From assembly GCA_963760795.1 (NCBI GenBank), contig CAVXEP010000012.1:382185-446184 (forward strand): DNA of 64,000 nucleotides, written 5' to 3'. Origin of the DNA: an uncultured delta proteobacterium. GTDB lineage: Bacteria > Desulfobacterota > Binatia > UBA9968. Below are positions 29,509-39,021 of the stretch, piece by piece (within the stretch, counting starts at the first letter, position 1; each line of letters starts with the position of its first letter). Under the pieces are notes generated by a model. That model had not been told where the DNA came from, made no database searches, and worked only from the letters and a program-made list of their open reading frames with translations. The translations under genes were made by a program, and so were the position numbers.

Positions 29509-30389
29509 CGCGCTGTTCCTTTCACCAATGTTGCTGATCGTTGGGCCGCTTGGGCGAGGGCTCGCCGCGCCAACGCGGCGCAAGCACTGCGACGGTATTC
29601 CGCGCTGGCGTGAATGTCCGAATCCTGTTCGAGCGTTTCGGTGGCGCGCCGAGCGGCGGTCTGGAAAAGCGCCTCGGACGGTTTCTCGCCGAGCAGCGAT
29701 GCTTCGACACTTCGGGCTCGAATCGGCGTTGTTCCTGTGAGTGTTAGCCGACCATGAGCAATTTTCCCGTTGGCGTCCAAAGCGATGACCGATGCGGCAC
29801 CCGCCAGGGCGAAGTCGCCATGACGCCGGCTAACCTCTTGATAAGACCAACCGCAATGAACTGGTAGGGCGGGAATTTGAATCTCGGTCAACAGTTCCCC
29901 CGGCTCCAGCGCGGTGGTCATGAAAGAAACAAAAAAATCTTCGGCAGCGATGGTCCGTTGACCGGTCGGGTTACGCAGGATCATTGACGCACCCAGGGTG
30001 ACCATGACGACCGGCAATTCCGCCGAGGGGAAGGCATGAGCCAGGCTGCCGCCGACGGTGCCGCGGTTGCGTATCTGAATATGGCCGATGAAAGCCGTGG
30101 CCTCGCGCAAAAGCGGCCAGTCCTGGGCGACTATATCTGATTTCTCGAGCTGTCGTTGCCGCGTGGTCGCGCCAATATGCAGCGCACGATTGGCTACTGT
30201 CAAATAATTGAGACCGCTAACCCCATTGAGATCGATCACATGCGCCGGCCGGAGCAGGCGAAAATTCATCAGCGGCACCAAGCTCTGGCCGCCCGCCAAT
30301 GGCCGGGCTTGATCGCCGAAGCGCGCCATGAGATCGAGCGCTTCGGCGATGGTTGTCGGATTGTGATATTCGAAATTTGCCGGTTTCAT
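29505..30389 (-). CDS. FAD-binding medium subunit (CoxM-like)
   Basis: MKPANFEYH.P, LAGGQSLVPLMNFRL, IRNRGTVGGSLAHA, RRHGDFA, DIHASAEYR. Confidence 0.95.
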   Translation of the reverse strand: MKPANFEYHNPTTIAEALDLMARFGDQARPLAGGQSLVPLMNFRLLRPAHVIDLNGVSGLNYLTVANRALHIGATTRQRQLEKSDIVAQDWPLLREATAFIGHIQIRNRGTVGGSLAHAFPSAELPVVMVTLGASMILRNPTGQRTIAAEDFFVSFMTTALEPGELLTEIQIPALPVHCGWSYQEVSRRHGDFALAGAASVIALDANGKIAHGRLTLTGTTPIRARSVEASLLGEKPSEALFQTAARRATETLEQDSDIHASAEYRRSACAALARRALAQAAQRSATLVKGTAR

Positions 30390-30578
30390 TAGTATGTTTT
30401 CGATTTCTAATCGGTTGCGTAAAAACGCCGCATTACTTGCTCGTATCAATCCGCGCTTTCAACTGTCAAGGCAATCGCGCGGGATTTTACGCTACGACGC
30501 CCCGGTTTCGCTTGACCACCGGGCGGTGGGAACGATTCATTGGTCACAACGGCCCCCGGGCGGCCGTTTCTCCGCCAG

Positions 30579-31424
30579 CTAAGCGGAGGCGAGCGTATGG
30601 GTTACCGTGATCCGCGCGGCGCGGTAGAACTCGCCGAGAAACTCTTCGCCGTCGTTATAGGCTCGGTTCGGCACCAGCCGCGCGGTGAAGGAAACTGGCA
30701 GCGGGTCGATGTCGAACGGATAGGGCCGCAGGATCGCCTTGTTCGCGGCAACCGTATCGACGTTTATTTTTACCGCCGGCTGGCCATGTTTGGTCGGAAT
30801 ATCGACGTCATTCAAGCTATCGCTCGGGCCGAGCTTGCGCGCCTTGCTGTTCAACGGATAGCGATTGCAGACGTACTGAGCCAGCTGGTCGAAGACCTCC
30901 ATATATTCATAGTTGGTCCAGATCTTCTCGTCGGAACAATGCTGTTTAAACTGCTCGGATTGGCGCAACTCCGCGAGCAGCTTTAAGCGCAGAGCTTCTT
31001 GATGATCGACGTAGGCTTTCACGCGCGGATCACCGGTGCGGTCCGGCGGGTAGGCGTATTTGCCGTAACCCGCGTTCATCAACGCCACGCCGTGCATCGC
31101 CATCAACATGGCCGCATACGGATCGCGCCGCATTACACTGTCCACCGAGTTTTTGTAAAAATCGAGGCGCAATTGGCCCAAATATTTTAAACTGCCGTCG
31201 TGATAATCCAACGGATACCCCTTCTCGTTCAGCGTCGACGGGCACATCTCCCACTCCCACCAGCCGATGTCATGTTCACCCGCAGCTAAGACCACCGAAG
31301 AGTAAGGCTTGGGTCGATCAAAGTCCTCATTCCCCCAGTGTGCGGCAAAGTAACCTGCTACCCGCGAATGATCGATTTGCAGAGCTAAGATCAAACTGGA
31401 GTTATCATAGGGGTACGCCATCAT
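30579..31424 (-). CDS. DUF3891-family protein, paralogue of 24634..25474
   Basis: LQIDHSRVAG..AAHWGN, EHDIGWWEWE, DPYA, MEVFDQL.Q.VCNRYP.NS..RK.GPS. Confidence 0.82.
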   Translation of the reverse strand: MMAYPYDNSSLILALQIDHSRVAGYFAAHWGNEDFDRPKPYSSVVLAAGEHDIGWWEWEMCPSTLNEKGYPLDYHDGSLKYLGQLRLDFYKNSVDSVMRRDPYAAMLMAMHGVALMNAGYGKYAYPPDRTGDPRVKAYVDHQEALRLKLLAELRQSEQFKQHCSDEKIWTNYEYMEVFDQLAQYVCNRYPLNSKARKLGPSDSLNDVDIPTKHGQPAVKINVDTVAANKAILRPYPFDIDPLPVSFTARLVPNRAYNDGEEFLGEFYRAARITVTHTLASA

Positions 31425-31509
31425 AAGAACTGCTCCTCACAAGATTGAGATCTCAAGGTTAAGACAGTATTCCGTAAATACTCCGATACCAACCATTCAT
31501 TGTGCGCGG

Positions 31510-32466
31510 CTATTTTGCCCCGAGTTCGCGGGCCACCTCATCGAGCATTTTAAAATTAATCACGCGTGATAACGGCACCGTGCCTTTAATCGCTCCGAGC
31601 TGCCGCGATATTTCCAAGTCTTTTTCCAAAACCTCAGCCGAAGTCCTGCCGTCGGGTGGATAGGCAAGGATTATTTGATCATAGGAGTCCGCCGCCGTCT
31701 CCCTGTCGACGTTAAACCAATCGACGATGAGTTTGACAACCTCGCTTTTTTTCTCTTTCTGGCGGAGAAAGCCGATGCCTTTCAAAGTCCCCCTTAGCAC
31801 CCGCTTAAGGGTGTCTCCGCGCTTCTGAATAAACTCATCCGACGCACCCAGACCACCGAGAGGCATGCGCAAAACATCGCCGTAATAGGCGACTACCTTC
31901 AGACCGGCTTTTTTTGAGACGACCTGCCACGGAACCGGTACGACGGTCGCATCGATTTGCCCGACATGGACCGATTCGATACTGCTCTTATGATCACCGG
32001 ATACGATCATCGTAACGTCCTTATCCGGATCGAGCCGATAATGAGCGAGTAATTCCTTGGTCATCAAGTGAGCCGAGCCTCCGAGCGAATTCAAACCGAT
32101 GGTCTTTCCTTTCAGTGCGTTGATCGACGTTACGGCTTCTCTGGCGACCAAGTAATACACCGGGCGATCGGCAATCACAGCCACGCTTTTGATCGGAAGC
32201 CCTCTGGCTGCGCCCCTGATTATAGATCCTTGAACCGTGACAAACTCAACTTGATTATTTACCAACGCAATAATGCTAATATTCGGCGCCATCCTAATCA
32301 GCTCAACCCGCAATCCTTCCTGTGCAAAAAAACCATTTCGAAGCGCGGCGACAATCGGCAGTGTTGTATAGCTCGTCGAGGGATAGCCGATCTTGATCGG
32401 TTCCTGCGCCGCTACGGAATCGACATAGAACAAGAATAATAAAAGGATTGCGCACAGATGTTTCAT
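31510..32466 (-). CDS. ABC substrate-binding protein, NMT1/SsuA-like
   Basis: Signal peptide; GFFAQEGLRVEL, LKGKTIG, LDPDKDV; overlaps the stop of the upstream TPP gene. Confidence 0.85.
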   Translation of the reverse strand: MKHLCAILLLFLFYVDSVAAQEPIKIGYPSTSYTTLPIVAALRNGFFAQEGLRVELIRMAPNISIIALVNNQVEFVTVQGSIIRGAARGLPIKSVAVIADRPVYYLVAREAVTSINALKGKTIGLNSLGGSAHLMTKELLAHYRLDPDKDVTMIVSGDHKSSIESVHVGQIDATVVPVPWQVVSKKAGLKVVAYYGDVLRMPLGGLGASDEFIQKRGDTLKRVLRGTLKGIGFLRQKEKKSEVVKLIVDWFNVDRETAADSYDQIILAYPPDGRTSAEVLEKDLEISRQLGAIKGTVPLSRVINFKMLDEVARELGAK

Positions 32467-33089
32467 CCGTCACTCGCCTTTCCGCCCGTATAGCGTTGGG
32501 TCGGCGGCGAGAAAATGTTTTTACCCAGTCTTTCCTCGACGTAGCGCATAAAGCGAAATTTGTTTTCCATTCCAGAGATTGTCTTTGGCGCACCGGCGAC
32601 TCGCCCGGGTTTTACCTTGACGACGAAGAAGCGCAAAGCGTCATGACTCAGGGCTGCCTTGAGCTCCGTAACAAAATCTTCGACGCTTGTCTGCACCGTA
32701 ACCCCTTGGACTCCGGCTCCCCGCGCGAGTTCCTCGAGCTTGGTTCCCTTGCTGGCCAAGGTAGGCACATTTCCTCCGGCCTCGTAGACGCCGTTATCAA
32801 AGACGATGACAAAAAGGTTTTTCGGTTTTTGGTCCGCCAGCACCGGCAGAATTCCTAGGTTGAGAAGCAGACTGCCGTCGCCGTCTAAAGCGATCACCGT
32901 CCGCTCTGGAATCGCCAACGCGACCCCTAATGCCACCTGACAAACCAATCCAACGCCAGGGGCGTAAATATTCGCTTCTCGATCGGCGGCGGTATACAAC
33001 TCGTCCTGGATGCCGCCGCTGTTGCAGACAATAATTTCGTCTTTAAGTTCCCGGACGAGAGCCGCGATATATTCGTGACGTAAATTCAT
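32463..33089 (-). CDS. TPP-dependent decarboxylase beta subunit (ComE/phosphonopyruvate-decarboxylase-like)
   Basis: GDGSLLLNLG...VFDNGVYE TPP-binding motif; start MNLRHEY overlaps the alpha-subunit stop. Confidence 0.85.
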   Translation of the reverse strand: MNLRHEYIAALVRELKDEIIVCNSGGIQDELYTAADREANIYAPGVGLVCQVALGVALAIPERTVIALDGDGSLLLNLGILPVLADQKPKNLFVIVFDNGVYEAGGNVPTLASKGTKLEELARGAGVQGVTVQTSVEDFVTELKAALSHDALRFFVVKVKPGRVAGAPKTISGMENKFRFMRYVEERLGKNIFSPPTQRYTGGKASDG

Positions 33090-33592
33090 ACACCCCCCAC
33101 GCTGCCGAATCCCAAGAGTATTGCGGTCGGCAGGAGCGAAGCAGCACTGCTCCGGTCGGCTTTTCTTATAGCTCCGGGGATCTGATCCGCCGAACGCACA
33201 ACTTCGTAGCTGATACCGAGCCCCCGTAACACCGGCTCGGTAACCCGTCCCACGGATGATCCCCACCAATTGCCATCGCCAAAATCTCCCCGGTACGACA
33301 CAAGCATAAGGGTCGGGATGCCGAATGTTAGATGGAATCTCGTAAGCGCATAAGTGGAAACGAGCAGGCCGGTATTCTCCATTAGCATGGCGGCTTTTGT
33401 CCCTCCCAGCCAAGCCCCACCACAGATGGCCACTCCGTCGCCTTCGTTAGTGACAGAGACGTGCATCAGATCCGGATCCTGGGCAGCAAGCTGTCCGGTT
33501 CCGCCAAGCCAACTGTCCGGAAGCGATACCACTAGCCGAACTCCGATGCCTTTGAGTGCATCGACGATTTGATTACTGACGTCTGATTTCAT
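33086..33592 (-). CDS. TPP-dependent decarboxylase alpha subunit (ComD-like)
   Basis: SLPDSWL, V.VTNEGDGVAICGGAWLGG, LMENTG, IP.LMLVSYRG..G. Confidence 0.85.
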   Translation of the reverse strand: MKSDVSNQIVDALKGIGVRLVVSLPDSWLGGTGQLAAQDPDLMHVSVTNEGDGVAICGGAWLGGTKAAMLMENTGLLVSTYALTRFHLTFGIPTLMLVSYRGDFGDGNWWGSSVGRVTEPVLRGLGISYEVVRSADQIPGAIRKADRSSAASLLPTAILLGFGSVGGV

Positions 33593-33688
33593 TGAACTCC
33601 TCTCACAGCGACGGCACGCCCGGCGCGCTGACCACTACTAAGATGGCTGCGACGAAACCTATAAGTAAACGTCGGCCACACAGAGATT

Positions 33689-34663
33689 TCACTTGAGCCC
33701 CTCTTTTTGCAGGCGATCGGAGAACTGGGTGGTGATGAAAGCGTCGAGATTCATGCTTTTGACCTCAGGGTCGGTCTGCGCAAGAAAGTCTCGCACGACT
33801 CTTATGCCAGCTACCGGGGGCGAAGGAATGTCTTTGAGTACGTTCACGTTCATACGACGCGTTTCTTCCAGGGCTTCGCTATCATTGAGCCTCATGAAAC
33901 GAGCGATAGCGCCCAACGCTTGTTCCTTGTCGGTTTTGTAAATGCGTATCGCCTTGGCGACTGCGCGCAGCACTCCATAGATCTCTTTGGGATTTCTCTC
34001 GACAGTCGACTGCATTACGACGAAAGCTCCTGACGATGACGGGAAGCCAAGTTCGCCGAGATCGGCTAGCTCGCGCAAACCGGCCTTCCTTGCAATCAGT
34101 GTCAGTGGTGGAACGACAAAGGTCGATTGCACCTGGTTGTTCCGCAGGGCGGCGAAGCGCGCCGTCTGGGAGCCGATTTGCAGCAACGTGACATCTTTTT
34201 GAGCCTGCAATCCGAACATTTCGAGCACTTTCCTAGCGCGGAAGTCGCTATAGTCACCGAGCCGATCGATAGCTAAACGCGTTCCTTTTAAATCCGCGGG
34301 GGTTTTGATATTCGCTGCAGAGACAAAGGAGGCTACTTCTTTGTCAGTAATCCCACCAACGAATCTGAGATCGGCGCCGTGCGCTGCCGCACGGATTGGA
34401 CTTGCCGCGGCGACAAGGGCCATCTTGATGTCGCCCGAGATAAGCGCCTGCGAGACTTGCGGCCCTCCTATGTAGACAAACATCGGACGAATGCCTTCCT
34501 GCTCGAGCAATTTATGCTGCTCAATCAAGCTTATAAAGGCATAAGTACCCCCTCGCGACACATAACCAATTGGAAACTCTGCCTGCCCATCCGCCTGACC
34601 AATCCGGCCGGCAATGACGAGACCCGGTAGGATCAGAATCAAACTCAGTTTACGAAAAATCAT
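33689..34663 (-). CDS. ABC substrate-binding protein, NMT1/SsuA-like
   Basis: Signal peptide; QALISGD, DLKG.R.AI.R.G..SD, KDVTLLQIG...ARFAAL. Confidence 0.85.
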   Translation of the reverse strand: MIFRKLSLILILPGLVIAGRIGQADGQAEFPIGYVSRGGTYAFISLIEQHKLLEQEGIRPMFVYIGGPQVSQALISGDIKMALVAAASPIRAAAHGADLRFVGGITDKEVASFVSAANIKTPADLKGTRLAIDRLGDYSDFRARKVLEMFGLQAQKDVTLLQIGSQTARFAALRNNQVQSTFVVPPLTLIARKAGLRELADLGELGFPSSSGAFVVMQSTVERNPKEIYGVLRAVAKAIRIYKTDKEQALGAIARFMRLNDSEALEETRRMNVNVLKDIPSPPVAGIRVVRDFLAQTDPEVKSMNLDAFITTQFSDRLQKEGLK

Positions 34664-35233
34664 TTTTATCGGCTCCTATGAGGCGTTGAGAGAGTCACCC
34701 AAGGCTAGCTATCTCTGAGAATAAAATTTGGCCGTGGCTCGGTTGCAAGCCGCCTGGGGAATTGTCATTTTTCGTGATCGAAATCGATCCGCGAAAATAG
34801 CTGGCGTGTGGATGACCAACTCGGCTGGTGCCTCAGGTTAGAATAGCACGGCAAATTGCCGACGCTGGCAATCTTACGAATGCGAAAAAAAGAGATCCTA
34901 CCCCAAACCAAAGTTTCATAGCACCTGCCTTTCCGAAGGTATCTAGACGACGTTAGTTCGGCAGAGACGACGCAGATCTAAATCGGTAGACCGCTGACTT
35001 TGGAAAAATCCTGCTCGGGAATTAACAATTATTCGGATGTTCTGTCAATCAACCGTAGGATATTTTTCGGAGGTAATTTAGAACTAGACTTGGTCCCGTA
35101 AGGTTTTTTTTAGACTGATCAATTTGCTACACACAAAGAATTCCGGCTATGTTTATGCACACTAGGAGAGCGTACTTTGGCGGGATAGAAAAGCAACCTT
35201 GCCGTCAGAGCTTCCGCATTAAAGCGCATTGCC

Positions 35234-36184
35234 ATGGACAACTTATCTTTGAGTCTTTCCTGCGGTGACTATGATCGCACTCGTCCGTTGATCGACGGCA
35301 GGGTAGCCACTCCCGGCCTCGACCTAACGGTAATACCGCTGCCATCGGGGGAGCGGCACAAACGGTTCGTCAAAAATTTGGAATTCGATGTCTGCGAGCT
35401 TCAGATCGCGCAGTACCTAGGTTTGAAAAGCCGTGGAGCGCCGATCACCGCGATACCGGTGTTTCCGCATCGCCGATTTAATCATAGCTGCGTCATGGTG
35501 CGCATGGATTCCGATATCACCCATCCCGGAGATCTGCGCGGACGCCGGGTCGGCGTTCATGGCCATTTCAATCCGATCGCGCTCTGGGTTCGCGGCTTAC
35601 TGGAACATGAGTTCAACTTGCCGCCGAGCGAGATCCAGTGGGTTGCGGATGGGTCCGAGGACATTCCAGGTTGGTCGCCGCCTCCCTGGCTGAAGATCGA
35701 GCGCGCCCCGGCCGGGAAAAAGATGCAGGATTTACTGAAGGCGGGAGAGATCGATGCGCAGATCCTATCCGATAGCGGCTCCGACGCCGCCACCATCAAC
35801 CAACTCGTGCGCCGGCTTTGGCCCAATTATCGCGAAGCGGAGGCCGACTATTATCGCCGCACCGGCATTTTTCCGATTCGCCATCTTGTTGTTGTTAAAG
35901 ACGAGGTGCTCCAGCGCGATCCCGCCGCAGCGACACATCTTGTCAGCGCCTTCGAAGCTGCCAAGCAGCAGGCTTATATTTATTGGGCGGACCACCGCCG
36001 CTCATCTTTGGCGTGGTTCGGCGCCGAACAAGAAGAAGAACGGGCGCTGCTGGGCGCCGATCCATGGCCCTATTCCATCGATAAAAATCGTCCGGCGTTA
36101 GAGACCGTGTTGGATTACGCATTCGAACAAGGGCTAACCGATCGCCGCCTGGAAATTAATGAAATTTTTGCCGCGCTCGAATGA
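35234..36184 (+). CDS. 4,5-dihydroxyphthalate-decarboxylase-like protein (periplasmic-binding-protein fold)
   Basis: CGDYDRTRPL.DG.V, EFDVCEL, PVFP.R.F, DYY.RTGIFPI.H.VV, DPWPY; no signal peptide. Confidence 0.82.
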   Translation: MDNLSLSLSCGDYDRTRPLIDGRVATPGLDLTVIPLPSGERHKRFVKNLEFDVCELQIAQYLGLKSRGAPITAIPVFPHRRFNHSCVMVRMDSDITHPGDLRGRRVGVHGHFNPIALWVRGLLEHEFNLPPSEIQWVADGSEDIPGWSPPPWLKIERAPAGKKMQDLLKAGEIDAQILSDSGSDAATINQLVRRLWPNYREAEADYYRRTGIFPIRHLVVVKDEVLQRDPAAATHLVSAFEAAKQQAYIYWADHRRSSLAWFGAEQEEERALLGADPWPYSIDKNRPALETVLDYAFEQGLTDRRLEINEIFAALE

Positions 36185-36251
36185 ATCGGCAACGGTCACG
36201 TCAGCAGAACTAGAGTTTCGCTGGATTCCACACCGCGAAGGAAGCCGGCGG

Positions 36252-37233
36252 CTATGAGCCGGATCGGCCGAATTCTTTATTGATGGCGCGCACCATGTTG
36301 AAGTCGTAAACGCTCTCCGGACTGACTTCCCGCTCGACTTTGAGCGCGCGCCGTTGCAACGTCAGCATGTTGTTTTGCAGCACCGCTGGAATGGTTCCGT
36401 CCACTGACATGCCCTTGAGCGAGGAGCGATAGACCACGCTGGCCTCGCTCTCGTTTAACTTCATTGATTTCATCAGCCGGCTGACCACCTCTTTTTCATT
36501 GGTCTTGAACCACCAGAATCCGCGCAAAGTGCCGCGCAGAAAGCGCTGGACGAACTCCGGCCGCTGCGCCAGCGTTTTTTCGGCGACGGCAACGCCGGCG
36601 GTGACGAACTCGAGATGATCGCCGTAGAAAAGCAGTTCATTGTAGCCGTTCTTCTTGGCGATCAGGCTGTCCAACTGGTTGAGCACAGCGGCATCGACGG
36701 CGCCGCTCATCAAGGCGCCGATGCGCGCGGGGGTGGGCTCGATGGCGCGCAGGACGACGTCGCGCTGCGGATCGATGCCGTATTTGACCAGGAGCTCCCG
36801 GGTCATCTGATCGATCGCCGCGCCAAAGCTCGACACCGCGATTTGTTTGCCTTTTTTCAGCTCCTGCAGACTGGTGATCGATTTCGCGGAATACAACCAG
36901 TTGAGCGGGCGGGTATCGAAGACCATGATAATCTTGAGCGGCAGACCGCGCAGGATCGCGCCGGCGCTTTGACCCAAGATTTGCGTGAAGTCGAAAGTGC
37001 CGGCGACCAACCCCTGAATGCCTGGAAGCATGCCGGCCTGCACCGGCAACACTTCTAACCCTTCTTCGGTGTAAAACCCTTTGTCGATGGTATAGCGATA
37101 CAACAAACTGTTCGGGCTGATCCCCGCGGCGATATGCAAGTGCGCTTTGTCCAGCGCCTGCGCAATGCCGGCGAAGCAAAGCAGCACCGCCAAGGCCATC
37201 GACCGTTGCAGTTGTTTTGAGAATGGTGTGCAA
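36252..37233 (-). CDS. ABC substrate-binding protein, NMT1/SsuA-like (probable +1 indel in signal peptide)
   Basis: KGFYTEEGLEV, GIDPQRDV, R.GAL.SG.VDAA; AGGAG RBS and TTG at 37233 join the frame if AAAA near 37216 is AAA (MHTILKQLQRSMALAVLL); open frame starts at 37199. Confidence 0.8.
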
Positions 37234-37248
37234 GTTGATCACTCCTGG

Positions 37249-38280
37249 CTAAAAGCCGTATTTTCGTTCCGCCGCCCGGGCGATTTCCAGCGCCGCTTTC
37301 AATTCCGGCCGGCTGCTCACCGCTTGATAGGCTTCGCGCGCCGCTTCGTCACGGAGAATTTCCTTGACCGGGCGGACCTTCGGCAGTTTGCCGGCGCGGA
37401 CCATCTCGTCGGTGATGCGCTTGACCGAGTCGGCGGCCACCGCGCCGTCCACCGGGATCGCCCAGCTATCGACGCGGTCGGGCGCGGTGACGATCGCCAC
37501 ATGCAACTCTTCCTCGTTGTGGGTAGTGGTTTTGCGCAGGCGCGCTTCGAGATCCTTCAGATACTCGAAATGGCTGACGTCGCGCATAAACCAGAAGCTG
37601 CGGGTGATCGCGCGCAGATAGGCGCGCAACTCTTCGCCCCGCTGTTCAATAGTCTGGCGCGTCGCCACGGTGATCTTTCCCGGGCGGCGCGGGAAAACCT
37701 CATTGGGATCGAGAATCATTTTAAAGCCGTCTTTTTCGAGCTGATCGGAGAACGGCGACTGCGAGGTGATCGCATCGACTTTGCCGTGGCGCAGCATGTC
37801 GGCATGGGCGGGGTTATTCCGATAGCCGAATACCTTATCGTAGACCCATTCGACATCTTTTTCCGGATCGATGCCCGCCGCTTGCAGCGCATCGTAAACG
37901 AAAACTGTGGTGAGTCCCTCTTTTTCCCGCGTGCCAATGCGGCCGCCGCGCATATCTTTGATCGCTTTCGAACCGTACCATTTGAGCAGGGGCGTATAGC
38001 GCCAGCCGCCGACGATGTAAACGTCTTCGCCCTGGCAGCACTGATAGATCGCCGCCTCGATGTCCACCGCCGTCGCGATATCCACCCCGCGCATTTTCAT
38101 CGCCATGGCGAGGCCATCGCGTTCGAGTGGGCCGGGAATTACTCCGCCGGAATCGTAGACGTACGCCGATAGCCCCTCTTCTTCGAAGAACTTCTGCTCC
38201 TTGGCGACGGCGATCGCTACCTGGTGGCCGACGTGATAGTTGCTGTTGGCAATCATTAAAGGTTGATCGAGAGCACTCAT
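37249..38280 (-). CDS. NMT1/SsuA-fold protein without signal peptide
   Basis: VAKEQKFFEEEGL, AGIDPEKDVEWV, G.VDAI; AAGGAG RBS; no hydrophobic leader. Confidence 0.78.
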   Translation of the reverse strand: MSALDQPLMIANSNYHVGHQVAIAVAKEQKFFEEEGLSAYVYDSGGVIPGPLERDGLAMAMKMRGVDIATAVDIEAAIYQCCQGEDVYIVGGWRYTPLLKWYGSKAIKDMRGGRIGTREKEGLTTVFVYDALQAAGIDPEKDVEWVYDKVFGYRNNPAHADMLRHGKVDAITSQSPFSDQLEKDGFKMILDPNEVFPRRPGKITVATRQTIEQRGEELRAYLRAITRSFWFMRDVSHFEYLKDLEARLRKTTTHNEEELHVAIVTAPDRVDSWAIPVDGAVAADSVKRITDEMVRAGKLPKVRPVKEILRDEAAREAYQAVSSRPELKAALEIARAAERKYGF

Positions 38281-39021
38281 GGATTCTCCTTATCGGGTGA
38301 AAATAATCGCAGTCATCTTACCGCCCCTCTTGCTCGACAGTCTGCAAGAAACTGCGATCGACGAACTCCGCGAGCTTCAAGTTGCGCAGCACCTGAGCGC
38401 CGTCCGGCAGATCGATGAGTAACCGATGCGAATCCGTGCTGGGGAAGCGGTAGCCGCGACGATTTCGTTGGCATCAAGAATATCGACACAGAAACAGAAC
38501 GAGCGCAAGGACGAAGTGAGATAAACCACTGCGTGCTCGCCGACTGAAACGGTCACCGAGCCTCACGCGCGTCCGGGTTTTTTTCATTGGACCCCGGATA
38601 ACACCCGACCCGTATCAAGTCAACGCTGCGAGACACGCCGCACAGTTTTTCAGACTCCGTGCCCGAGCGAAACTTGAGATCGATTGGCTCGATGGAGTTG
38701 CATAGGGTGTACCCATGAAAGCGAATCCGTGAGAGCAACGCTTATTTGGTCTTGGTTTTCACCAGCCGTCCCCGCTGACTCCATTTTGCAATTAACCGCG
38801 CGGCAAGATCGGCGCCGCGAACAACAATGTGAATCGCGACAATTGAAAGATTTTACTGATCGTTATGTCAGACCCCAACCCCAACTATCAAGTACAGCCC
38901 TGAGCCTCCTGACGCTTCGTCATCCGCAGCGCCATGTCACTTCTTTGTGTCGTCCCTGACAACGCGCTAAGGTTGCCGCATCTCGCGCCGCCGGCGCAGA
39001 GCATTTGCCGCAGGAGATTTC

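Noticed and set aside
26600-30389. Aerobic CO dehydrogenase
   Set aside because: Active-site loop is TYRSPGR, not AYxCSFR, and no coxDEFG genes are adjacent
33090-33413. N-terminal extension of the 316-aa ORF 32463..33413
   Set aside because: Overlaps the alpha-subunit gene in another frame; the real start is probably 33089
37147-38172. 341-aa plus-strand ORF
   Set aside because: Antisense to 37249..38280
38366-38395. Short match (ELQVAQHL) to ELQIAQYL of the gene at 35234
   Set aside because: About 25 nt only; could be chance
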